DNA from: Nitrospinota bacterium
GTDB lineage: Bacteria; Nitrospinota; Nitrospinia; Nitrospinales; VA-1
Reading direction: 5' to 3'
Length of the DNA stretch: 52,038 nt
NCBI GenBank assembly: GCA_038108555.1
Contig: JAYNIA010000011.1
Span: forward strand, 2,420-54,457
In this document: one piece after another, positions 1 through 8,714 of the stretch
How the letters are laid out: every line of letters begins with the position of its first letter
Position numbering within the stretch: the stretch's first letter is position 1
Notes under the pieces: generated by a model
The model's database searches: none
What the model saw: the letters and a program-made list of their open reading frames with translations, nothing else
Told to the model about the DNA's origin: nothing
Translations under genes and position numbers: made by a program

Positions 1-424
1 CAACTTTCCCCAATGAGAATCTTATAAACGCCAGTTTATCCGAGATTATGGGTCAAATGCTCACAGATAAATCCCTTCTCCGGTGTTTGGCAAAATAGCC
101 CCCTCACCAGAAAAATCCCCGCAAACCCAAAAAAACCATTATAAATTAATGGGTTACAGGATTTCAAGTTCTTGAAAAATCAAAATCAATGAAATCTGAC
201 AAAAATTCTTTTTTAATTTAAATTACATTTTTTGGTTTTACCGGTTTATAGTCTACCAAAACGCGGTCTTGGCAAACATTTCTCTTGTGTTATGAAGGAT
301 ATAGGTCGATAAAGCCATTACTTGTAAATTTTTTTTTTTGGTTTTCTTCACCTGCACTTCAAAAGTTTGAACGAATTCATAACAAATCAAATTGTTTTCT
401 ATTCAATCTTTGGAGGGGGAAAAG

Positions 425-1657
425 ATGGAAAAAGATATTGAATCACTAGTCGATAGTGGCGACGTACTGTTCATGATGCTTGGTGCGGTAATGGTCTTTG
501 CAATGCATGGAGGCTTCGCCTTTCTTGAAGTTGGCACCGTAAGAAAAAAGAACCAAGTCAATGCATTGGTAAAGATCCTTGTTGATTTTGCTCTTTCCAC
601 ATTGATTTATTTCTTTATTGGTTTCTCGGTCGCTTACGGAGTTAACTTTTTTCTACCAGCAAAGGAACTACTTGCCGATAGACAAGGCTATGAATTAGTG
701 CACTTTTTCTTTTTGCTCACTTTTGCAGCAGCAATTCCCGCAATAATCTCGGGTGGCATAGCAGAACGGTCCAAATTTTGGACCCAGGCATTAGCGGCAG
801 GAATCTTTGTAGGTATTGCCTATCCCTTATTTGAAGGGATGGTATGGGGGCAAATCACCTTCCTGGGACAATCAGATTCCTGGCTCGCTGGAATTACAGG
901 AGGCATTCCATTTCATGACTATGCCGGGTCTGTGGTGGTTCATTCAATGGGGGGATGGATAGCCTTAGCCGGTGTCATCGTATTGGGTCCCCGCATTGGA
1001 AGATGGGACTCGCAAGGTCGAAGCCGACCCATCCCGATAAGCAATGTTCCATTCATGGCTTTAGGAAGTTGGATGCTTTGTGTGGGTTGGTTTGGTTTTA
1101 ATGTTATGTCAGCGGCAACAATGAGCGGTATTTCAGGACTGGTAGCCATGAACTCCCTATTTGCTATGGCAGGGGGAATCGTTGCTGCCCTGGCCATATC
1201 CAAAAATGACCCAGGATTCATTCACAACGGTGCACTAGCAGGCCTGGTTGCCATTTGCGCCGGATCTGATCAGGTTCACCCGATTGGTGCCCTAGTCATT
1301 GGAGCCATGGGGGGAATCATCTTTGTCAAAGGGTTTACTTGGGAACAGGAAAAATTAAAAATTGATGATGTCCTGGGAGTCTGGCCATTATATGGGCTGG
1401 CAGGTTCGTGGGGTGGTATTGCCTGCGGTATTTTTGGACAGGAAGCCTTGGGGGGTTTAGGTGATGTTAGTTTTATTGCCCAAGCTGTTGGGACCCTGGC
1501 CGCAATTGGTATTGCCCTGTTTTTTGGTTTTGCTGTCTATAAAATTCTAGATTCAACTTTCGGGATTCGCCTTACAAAGGAAGAAGAACAAAAAGGTTCT
1601 GATCTAACTTTGCACAAAATCGAATCCTATCCGGAGGATGTCACCAGCCGATTTTAA
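425..1657 (+). CDS. amt: Ammonium transporter (Amt family)
   Basis: Polytopic hydrophobic protein with Amt motifs GFAFLEVGTVRKKN, ISGGIAER, DYAGSVVVH, LGPRIGR, GWFGFN, NGALAGLVAI and KIDDVLG. ATG at 425 follows GGAGGGGG. The second pore His is Tyr (see findings). Confidence 0.95.
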   Translation: MEKDIESLVDSGDVLFMMLGAVMVFAMHGGFAFLEVGTVRKKNQVNALVKILVDFALSTLIYFFIGFSVAYGVNFFLPAKELLADRQGYELVHFFFLLTFAAAIPAIISGGIAERSKFWTQALAAGIFVGIAYPLFEGMVWGQITFLGQSDSWLAGITGGIPFHDYAGSVVVHSMGGWIALAGVIVLGPRIGRWDSQGRSRPIPISNVPFMALGSWMLCVGWFGFNVMSAATMSGISGLVAMNSLFAMAGGIVAALAISKNDPGFIHNGALAGLVAICAGSDQVHPIGALVIGAMGGIIFVKGFTWEQEKLKIDDVLGVWPLYGLAGSWGGIACGIFGQEALGGLGDVSFIAQAVGTLAAIGIALFFGFAVYKILDSTFGIRLTKEEEQKGSDLTLHKIESYPEDVTSRF

Positions 1658-1675
1658 CCATTTGAGTGTTTGCTT

Positions 1676-3958
1676 ATGAAAAAATTCTTTATTTGTCTTT
1701 TTGCTCTTTCAGCATTTTTCATTTTTCATAACCCCGGGTTGCATGCCCAGGAAGATCCCATTGAAAAATTTAAAAAGGCAGCCCAGGCCGATCCAAAAGA
1801 TTATGCACCTCATTTTGGATTAGCTCAGGCCTATCATAAAATGGGCATCTATGACAAAGCAGTTAAAGAATATAAAAAAACCATAGAGCTGGAACCTCTT
1901 TTCGCAGCGGCCTTTAATGGTTTGGGCTTAAGCTACGGCGAACTTGGACAGTTTGATAAGGCGGTTGAAGCTTACCTGGAAGCCACTCGATTGGGGCCAA
2001 ACTATGCAGAGGCACAATATGGCTTGGGTTGGTCTTATTTCCAACTGGGCCAGCCTGACAAAGCCCTCCTGCCTCTCAAAATAGCTATCAAAGTACAACC
2101 TAAAATGGTGGCAGCCCATTTCACACTGGGAAAGGTATGGGCCATGCTGGACAACCATAAACTGGCCATTGAGGAATTCAAAAAAACCCTGACCATTACC
2201 CCTATTTTCCCGGACGCTTTTTATCAATTGGGACGCAGTTATACCAGTTTAAAAATGTACAACCAGGCGGTGGACGCCTATAACGACACCCTTCGATTAA
2301 GCCCAAACTTCTTTGAAGCTTATATTGGAATTGGTAAAGCTTATATTAATGCAGACAGAAATGATAAAGCCATTGCCCCATTAAGAAATGCTATCGCAAT
2401 CAATCCACTATCCCTGGAAGCCTACGACCATTTAGGCCTTGCCTACACCAACATGGGAGATTATGAAAAAGCGTTGGCACCCTATTTGGAGCTGGCAAGA
2501 ATCGATTTTAGAAATCCCGTTGCTCATTACAAAGCCGGGGTGGCGTATTCCAATTTTAATCAAAAAACAGAAGCGATTAAAAAGTTTGAAGAAGCTATAC
2601 GCCTAAATGAAAATTTTCCGGAAGCCCATTTCAATATCGCATGGTTGTATCAGGAGTTGGGCGAAGCGGATAATGCCCTGGAATTCTATTCGAAAACCAT
2701 CAAACATGACCCTGACAACTTGGAAGCCAATTTCAATTCCGGGGATATTCACGAATCATTTAAGCGTTACCAGGAAGCTGCGCTCGCTTTCAAAGAAGTC
2801 ACTCGAATTGATCCGAACCATGTCGAAGCCCACGCACGACTCGGTCGGAACTATGCAAAAATAAATATGCCGGAAGAAGCATTGCAGGAGTTTAATATTG
2901 CACTGCAAATCAAACCGGACCTGGCGGAAACTTATTACCAGTTGGGGAACACCTATGGGGAACTAAAAAGATATGCAGAAGGTTTGCAACCGCTACGAAA
3001 AGCGATCCAATTAAAATCAGATTATATTGCAGCCCTTTATTTACTGGGAAAATTCAATGCGCTATTAGGAAATTACCGCGAAGCAATTGCCTCTCTGCAA
3101 AAAATAGACAGATATGAGCCTGGCTTCAAAGAAACTGATTTCTTTTTGGGGAAGAGCTTACTAAAAACCAATCAATTCCATGAAGCCCTACCCTATCTGG
3201 AAAAAGCGGTAGCCAGTTTCCCCAATCATTCCCAGGCACAGTACTTTCTTGGACTGAGCCTGATTCAAGTGGGCCGCTATGAAGAAGCTGTGCACCCTTT
3301 AAGTATGGCCGTCAAACTGGAACCGGATTTATCCAGCGCATTCAACTATCTGGGCCAAACTCATCAAAAGCTAGGCAATTTTGAAGAAGCTATTATGGCC
3401 TTTGAGAATGCCATTCATATTGATCCCAGTTTAACCAGTGCATTCAATAGTCTTGGAACAATTTATACTTTTCAAAAAAATTATGTAAACGCTATTAAGT
3501 CTTTTAAAAACACATTAAAGACCAATCCCAATTTTGAAAAAGGTTTCCTTAACCTGGCAATGATTTATGAAATTCTGGGGCGTTACCCGGAGGCAATACA
3601 AACTTATCAAAAATTGCTAAAAATTAACCCAAGGCATACAGACGCATTGTTTAGTCTGGGATGGGTTTTTATGGATGAGAAAAGGTTTTTAGAAGCCGTC
3701 CCTGTATTTAAAAAAGCCATCCAATTAAATCCTGCCGCCAATACTTACTACAGTTTGGGAATGGTCTATAACGAAATGGGTCGGGATGAGGACGCTCTTC
3801 GGGAATTTCGCAAAGCGTTGCAAGTGGATAATGACCACGCGGGAGCTCATGAAAGAATTGCCCGACTGGAACAGGATCTTCAACCCAGATCCGAGTTCAA
3901 GCCCCAGGCTTTTCCTGAAACGGAACCTCCGAATTCAGACATCATTCTCGTTCCTTGA
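1676..3958 (+). CDS. Large secreted tetratricopeptide-repeat protein
   Basis: Sec-type signal peptide (MKKFFICLFALSAFF...LHA|Q) followed by about 20 tandem 34-aa TPR units (A-Y/H-x-x-L-G...A...A-I-x-L-x-P). Confidence 0.9.
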   Translation: MKKFFICLFALSAFFIFHNPGLHAQEDPIEKFKKAAQADPKDYAPHFGLAQAYHKMGIYDKAVKEYKKTIELEPLFAAAFNGLGLSYGELGQFDKAVEAYLEATRLGPNYAEAQYGLGWSYFQLGQPDKALLPLKIAIKVQPKMVAAHFTLGKVWAMLDNHKLAIEEFKKTLTITPIFPDAFYQLGRSYTSLKMYNQAVDAYNDTLRLSPNFFEAYIGIGKAYINADRNDKAIAPLRNAIAINPLSLEAYDHLGLAYTNMGDYEKALAPYLELARIDFRNPVAHYKAGVAYSNFNQKTEAIKKFEEAIRLNENFPEAHFNIAWLYQELGEADNALEFYSKTIKHDPDNLEANFNSGDIHESFKRYQEAALAFKEVTRIDPNHVEAHARLGRNYAKINMPEEALQEFNIALQIKPDLAETYYQLGNTYGELKRYAEGLQPLRKAIQLKSDYIAALYLLGKFNALLGNYREAIASLQKIDRYEPGFKETDFFLGKSLLKTNQFHEALPYLEKAVASFPNHSQAQYFLGLSLIQVGRYEEAVHPLSMAVKLEPDLSSAFNYLGQTHQKLGNFEEAIMAFENAIHIDPSLTSAFNSLGTIYTFQKNYVNAIKSFKNTLKTNPNFEKGFLNLAMIYEILGRYPEAIQTYQKLLKINPRHTDALFSLGWVFMDEKRFLEAVPVFKKAIQLNPAANTYYSLGMVYNEMGRDEDALREFRKALQVDNDHAGAHERIARLEQDLQPRSEFKPQAFPETEPPNSDIILVP

Positions 3959-4146
3959 GAAACCTTGTCCAACACCTTGGTGGCTTTTTTAACGCCATTT
4001 TGGTGAGACATTTTTAAAAAGCCAACCCCCACTTGAATTGATATTTTTGCAGGCAAACCTTGCGTATAATCCGCCCGGAGACGAACAAGCCATTTCCCCT
4101 TCAAAAATAAGGGGTTACAATGGCAAATCCTTAAATAATATATAGG

Positions 4147-4176
4147 TTGACAGTAAATCCTCCCACCTTATATACT
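4147..4176 (+). promoter_or_regulatory. Putative sigma70 promoter of nuoE-G-D
   Basis: TTGACA (4147-4152), 18-nt spacer, TATACT (4171-4176), about 130 nt upstream of nuoE. Confidence 0.6.
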
Positions 4177-4308
4177 TCGGCCTCTTAGCAGGAACACGGG
4201 AAGAATTAAAATCTTTAATAAAAATGGGTTTTTTCCCTAAATTTTCCCGTGCTGCGCTAAATTTCCTGATAATTTATGACAGGAAGGCACTGATATTCTT
4301 GAGGCTAA

Positions 4309-4845
4309 ATGATGGAAACCAACTCTGAGGCAGTAGAAGAAGTAGAAGAGATTGATCTGGCACCCACTGAGGAAATTATTAACAACCTGCCGGACAATTC
4401 GCGAGGACATTTGATCCCCACTCTGGATAAGATCCAAAATGTTTATCGGTATCTTCCAGAACCTGCCATGGAAATGTTAATGGAATATTTTAATATTGCG
4501 CGGGCGGAGATATATGGGGTCATTTCTTTTTACCCTCAACTCAGAATCACCGAACCAGGAAAATATATCATCAAACTTTGTTATGGGACCGCGTGTTTTG
4601 TAAAAGGGGCTCCCATCATAAATGACAAGATTCATGAAAAGTATCATATAAAACCCGGCGAAACCGATGCAGATAAATTGTTCACCCTGCAAACGGCATC
4701 CTGCCTGGGTAACTGTGGTGCCGCCCCCATGGCCATTATTGGCGAGGATACCCACGGCACTATTGATCCAGAAAAAACATACGACTTGCTATCTGAATAC
4801 AAAAAGGATGACGAGGCAGCGCCAGCGACAGAGGAGGTAGGATGA
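4309..4845 (+). CDS. nuoE: NADH-quinone oxidoreductase subunit E-like [2Fe-2S] protein
   Basis: IYGVISFYPQL plus CYGTAC and CLGNCGAAP, the C-x4-C...C-x3-C ligand pattern of NuoE/HoxE. ATGA overlap with the next gene. Confidence 0.88.
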   Translation: MMETNSEAVEEVEEIDLAPTEEIINNLPDNSRGHLIPTLDKIQNVYRYLPEPAMEMLMEYFNIARAEIYGVISFYPQLRITEPGKYIIKLCYGTACFVKGAPIINDKIHEKYHIKPGETDADKLFTLQTASCLGNCGAAPMAIIGEDTHGTIDPEKTYDLLSEYKKDDEAAPATEEVG

Positions 4846-7409
4846 GTACCGTTGAAAAGAAAGTTCTCAACGTAAAAATCAACGGGAACGAAACCACGGT
4901 TCCAGAAGGAACCATGGTTTTGGAAGTCTGCAAGCAGAACAATGTTGAGGTTTCCAACCTGTGTTACAACCGCAAACTCAAACCTTTCGCCGCCTGTCGA
5001 ACCTGCATGGTTGAAACCGTGGTCGATGGAAAAAAAGAACTGGTTTATTCTTGCACCCATCCCGTAGCTGAAGGCATGGAAATCAGCACCGCCACAGAAG
5101 AAACCAATCGCTACAATAAAGCCTGTCTTGAAATGCTTTTGGTGGAGCATCCTCTCGACTGCCCCATCTGTGACAAATCAGGAGTCTGCCCGCTACAAGA
5201 CAATACGGATTTACTAAAGCTTTATGATGGCCGATTCGAAACACAAAGACGAAATGAACCGAGTATCAAAACCAATCCTATCATCGAATTTTATCTCAAT
5301 CGCTGTATCATGTGCGGCCTCTGTGTAAGAGCCTGCGATGAAATTCAGGGAGCAAAGGCATTAGATTTCCACAAGCGTGGAATGAGTGTGGGAATTGGTA
5401 CGGCAAACGATGAGCCATTGGACTGTGAGTTCTGCGGACAATGTATAACCGTTTGCCCCACCGGCGCATTGATGGACATGACCTCCGGTGCCCGGGGACT
5501 AGCAGCGATGTTCACTCAAACTCACTCCACCTGTAACTTCTGTTCATGGGGTTGTACGGTAAAACTCGAAACCAAAAAAGGTGAGGTTATAAGAATTGAG
5601 GCCGATGAAAATTACAATGTCGGAATCAATGAAGGCAACCTGTGTGCAAAAGGTCGCTTTGGTCATGGTATTATCCATAATGACGACAGAATCGAAAATC
5701 CATTAATGAATGTTGGAGGAGATTTCCAGGAAGTAACCTGGGATGAAGCTCTGCAAACCATAGCCGATCGAATTACAGCTACCGTCAACCGTAGCGGGCC
5801 AGACAGCCTGGCGGCGATAGGATCTGAAAAAATCACCAACGAAGAAAACTTTCTTCTACAAAAATTATTCAGGGACACAATCGGGTCTAATCAAGTAAAC
5901 AACCTGGCAAATATCAGAGCGCCCTATTTAAACCAGTTCATGTTGGACTGCTTTGACAACGGCATCCCGTCAAAGCCGATTACTGAATTGCAACATGCAG
6001 ATGTTGTTCTGATATTCAACTCCGATCTTCCTTCAGAATACCCTGTAGGTGGAAACTCCGTACGATTTGGCACAGTGTTTCATGACACTGATATTTTGCT
6101 GGCAAACCCAAGAAAAGTGGTTTTCGAAAGTGAAGCCAAGGTGGATGTCCGGATGACCTACAAGCATGGAGCGGATCTGGCAGTCGCATCCCGACTAACA
6201 AAAATTATCATTGATAACGGATTGATCGATGTAAACAAGGCAAAATCTGCGATATCCAATTATGATGAACTGGTTCAGTCTCTTTCCAGCTACACGGCGG
6301 AAAAAGCCATCGAACTTACAGGCCTACCGGATGATGTTCTTACCCGGGCTGCGGAAAGATTTGCAAGCGATGCAGATCGATTCGTTCTGGTGGGAAATGA
6401 TATCCTCGACACAGGACAAGGTGAGGAAATACTGAAGGCCCTACTCAACCTATGTACCTTGGTTAATTATGGCAGCACCGGAAGCGTGAGCATTTATCCT
6501 CCAAGAGAACATTGCAATTCGCAAGGCGTGAATGATATGGGCCTCACCCCGGAATTTCTTCCAGGATACCAGCCGTCAACCGGCGAAAAAGGTCGCGACT
6601 TTTTTGAAAGCTGTAAAGATGGCACCACCAAGTTCCTCTATATTGCAGGTGAAGATCCTGTAGGTTCCTTTTACAGACCGCAGCTGGTTAAAGAAGCCCT
6701 TCAAACGGTGCCCTTTTTGATAGTCACAGATGTTTATATGACTGAAACAGCAAAAATGGCAGATCTAATTCTCCCCTCTTCCACCTATGCTGAAAAAGAG
6801 GGAACTTACACAAATATGTCGAGACATATACAAGAGGTCGCTCCAGCTATTTTGCCTCAGGGAACCTCAAAGCCGGATTTCGATATTCTGGTGGAATTAG
6901 CCGAAAAACTGGGAAAACCTTTTGAGAGCAACACGGTTTCTGATACCCAGCAGGAAATCGAGAATGCTGCCTCTATTTATAAAGGCGCTTTTCCTGGAAA
7001 AGAATCGAAACAATGGGCACCAGAAGCATCTCAAAAAAGCCCTGCGTTTAAAATTAACTCTGCAAGTGCTGAAGCCACAGGAACAAATGAAGGCCAATTC
7101 ACGTTGCAAACAAACAATCATATGTTCCATATCGGAAGTTACAGCCAGCACGCAAAAGCGCTGGTGGATATTGGACCTGAATGTATTGCCGAAATTCATC
7201 CGGAAGATGCAAAAGGACTGGGGGTCTCTACCGGTGATGAGGTTGTTATTGAATCCTCAAGCAGCAAGGTGCAGGTAAAAGTAAAAACAACAAAAGTGAC
7301 AAGCCCTGGTATGGTTTACGTTCCGAAAAACTGGCCAGAGGTTCCTGTAAATGATTTACGCAATGGTGAGAAAGGTTTGGTCCAGGTCAAGGTGACTAAA
7401 TCAAGCTAA
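4842..7409 (+). CDS. nuoG: NuoG-like / molybdopterin-oxidoreductase-fold Fe-S protein
   Basis: [2Fe-2S] motif (CY...ACRTC...SC), HPLDCPICDKSGVC, two CxxCxxCxxxC motifs, CNFCSWGC...LCAKG, and a long molybdopterin-fold body with ADLILPSSTYAEKEGTYTN. Lies between nuoE and nuoD. Confidence 0.8.
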   Translation: MSTVEKKVLNVKINGNETTVPEGTMVLEVCKQNNVEVSNLCYNRKLKPFAACRTCMVETVVDGKKELVYSCTHPVAEGMEISTATEETNRYNKACLEMLLVEHPLDCPICDKSGVCPLQDNTDLLKLYDGRFETQRRNEPSIKTNPIIEFYLNRCIMCGLCVRACDEIQGAKALDFHKRGMSVGIGTANDEPLDCEFCGQCITVCPTGALMDMTSGARGLAAMFTQTHSTCNFCSWGCTVKLETKKGEVIRIEADENYNVGINEGNLCAKGRFGHGIIHNDDRIENPLMNVGGDFQEVTWDEALQTIADRITATVNRSGPDSLAAIGSEKITNEENFLLQKLFRDTIGSNQVNNLANIRAPYLNQFMLDCFDNGIPSKPITELQHADVVLIFNSDLPSEYPVGGNSVRFGTVFHDTDILLANPRKVVFESEAKVDVRMTYKHGADLAVASRLTKIIIDNGLIDVNKAKSAISNYDELVQSLSSYTAEKAIELTGLPDDVLTRAAERFASDADRFVLVGNDILDTGQGEEILKALLNLCTLVNYGSTGSVSIYPPREHCNSQGVNDMGLTPEFLPGYQPSTGEKGRDFFESCKDGTTKFLYIAGEDPVGSFYRPQLVKEALQTVPFLIVTDVYMTETAKMADLILPSSTYAEKEGTYTNMSRHIQEVAPAILPQGTSKPDFDILVELAEKLGKPFESNTVSDTQQEIENAASIYKGAFPGKESKQWAPEASQKSPAFKINSASAEATGTNEGQFTLQTNNHMFHIGSYSQHAKALVDIGPECIAEIHPEDAKGLGVSTGDEVVIESSSSKVQVKVKTTKVTSPGMVYVPKNWPEVPVNDLRNGEKGLVQVKVTKSS

Positions 7410-7432
7410 TGCACATAAACTAAATTCATAAT

Positions 7433-8623
7433 ATGACAGACTTAAAAGAAAATCTACATACCGACCATATGGTCCTCAATATGGGGCCTTCGCATCCGGC
7501 GACCCACGGAACCGTTAAGTTCCTTCTGACTCTGGATGGTGAGACTGTTGTAAATATGGATTTGGAAATTGGGTATTTGCATCGCGGCTTTGAAAAAATG
7601 TGTGAAAGCGTGACCTATTCAAACGTGTTTCCTTATACGGACCGTTTGAACTATTGTTCCGCCATCATGAACAATATTGGATTTGCCTGCGCGGTTGAAA
7701 AACTTTGCGATATCGAGATAACTGAACGTTGTAAATACATTCGTGTAGTCACTAATGAGCTTGCCAGAATTTCAGACCATTACACCAATATTGCTGCAGC
7801 GGCTCTGGAATTGGGAGCATTAACAGCATTCATCTATTTTGTTGAAGCCAGGGAAATTGTCTGGGATCTACTCGAAAAAGTTTGTGGCGCTCGTCTAACA
7901 TCCAACTACATTCGTATTGGCGGCTTGATGTGTGATCTGCCACCAGGGTTTGATGAAGATTTGAAAGCGGCCTATCCCAAATTGGATGACCTTTTTGAGG
8001 ATGTGGATAAACTGTTGACCAAAAACCGAATCTTCATTGACCGTATGGAAAATACGGGAGCCATTCCCGTAGAAAATGCCATTTCATGGGGATTCACCGG
8101 CCCCTGCCTGAGAGCATCCGGGGTGGACTATGATGTCCGAAAGAATCATCCCTATCTATGCTATGACAAGCTTGATTTTGACATCCCCCTGGGAAAAACC
8201 GGAGACAATTTTGACCGGTATCTGGTCCGCATGGAAGAAATCAAGCAAAGCATAAAAATCATCAAACAGGCCATGCGGGATATGCCAGAAGGCCCAATTA
8301 ATGTAAACCATCCATATTTGAGAAATCCGGCAAAACCTGATGTCTATAAAAAGATGGAAGAAATGATTGCCCATTTCAAAATGGTCATTGATGGATTAAA
8401 ACCTCCTGTAGGGGAAGTTTATTTTCCTACCGAAGCGGCAAATGGCGAACTCGGGTTTTACCTGGTGAGTGATGGCTCCGGGAAACCCTATAAATGCCGG
8501 GTCCGCCCACCATCCTTTGCTTTAACACAAGCCATGCCCGACATGTGTGAGGGGGGTATGCTGGCAGATATCATCCCCACCTTTGACATGATCAATATGA
8601 TTGGCGGCGAATGCGATCGCTAG
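7433..8623 (+). CDS. nuoD: NADH-quinone oxidoreductase subunit D
   Basis: NMGPSHPATHG, GYLHRGFEK, DRLNY, EAANGELGFY and C-terminal GECDR. No NiFe-binding CxxC pairs, so not a hydrogenase large subunit. Confidence 0.95.
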   Translation: MTDLKENLHTDHMVLNMGPSHPATHGTVKFLLTLDGETVVNMDLEIGYLHRGFEKMCESVTYSNVFPYTDRLNYCSAIMNNIGFACAVEKLCDIEITERCKYIRVVTNELARISDHYTNIAAAALELGALTAFIYFVEAREIVWDLLEKVCGARLTSNYIRIGGLMCDLPPGFDEDLKAAYPKLDDLFEDVDKLLTKNRIFIDRMENTGAIPVENAISWGFTGPCLRASGVDYDVRKNHPYLCYDKLDFDIPLGKTGDNFDRYLVRMEEIKQSIKIIKQAMRDMPEGPINVNHPYLRNPAKPDVYKKMEEMIAHFKMVIDGLKPPVGEVYFPTEAANGELGFYLVSDGSGKPYKCRVRPPSFALTQAMPDMCEGGMLADIIPTFDMINMIGGECDR

Positions 8624-8714
8624 CCCTCTAACCATTATCCGATAGCCTATCTGCATTGCTTCACCAGGAACAATGTTCCCAATAGCCCTTCCACCCTTAG
8701 GCTGAATTTCTGTA

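Noticed and set aside
270..285. Possible sigma54 promoter upstream of amt (TGGCAAACATTTCTCT)
   Set aside because: The -24 half fits, but the -12 position reads TC instead of the invariant GC.
329..339. T11 homopolymer upstream of amt as a phase-variation tract
   Set aside because: It lies in AT-rich intergenic DNA, is not between identifiable promoter boxes, and length variation cannot be seen in one sequence.
1676..3958. Periodicity in the TPR gene as a DNA repeat array or CRISPR
   Set aside because: The repeats are degenerate at the protein level only; there are no identical DNA repeats with spacers and no cas genes.
4842..8623. Formate dehydrogenase or NiFe hydrogenase (formate hydrogenlyase-like) operon
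   Set aside because: The NuoG-like protein lacks the Cys/Sec Mo ligand and the NuoD-like protein lacks the Ni-binding CxxC motifs.
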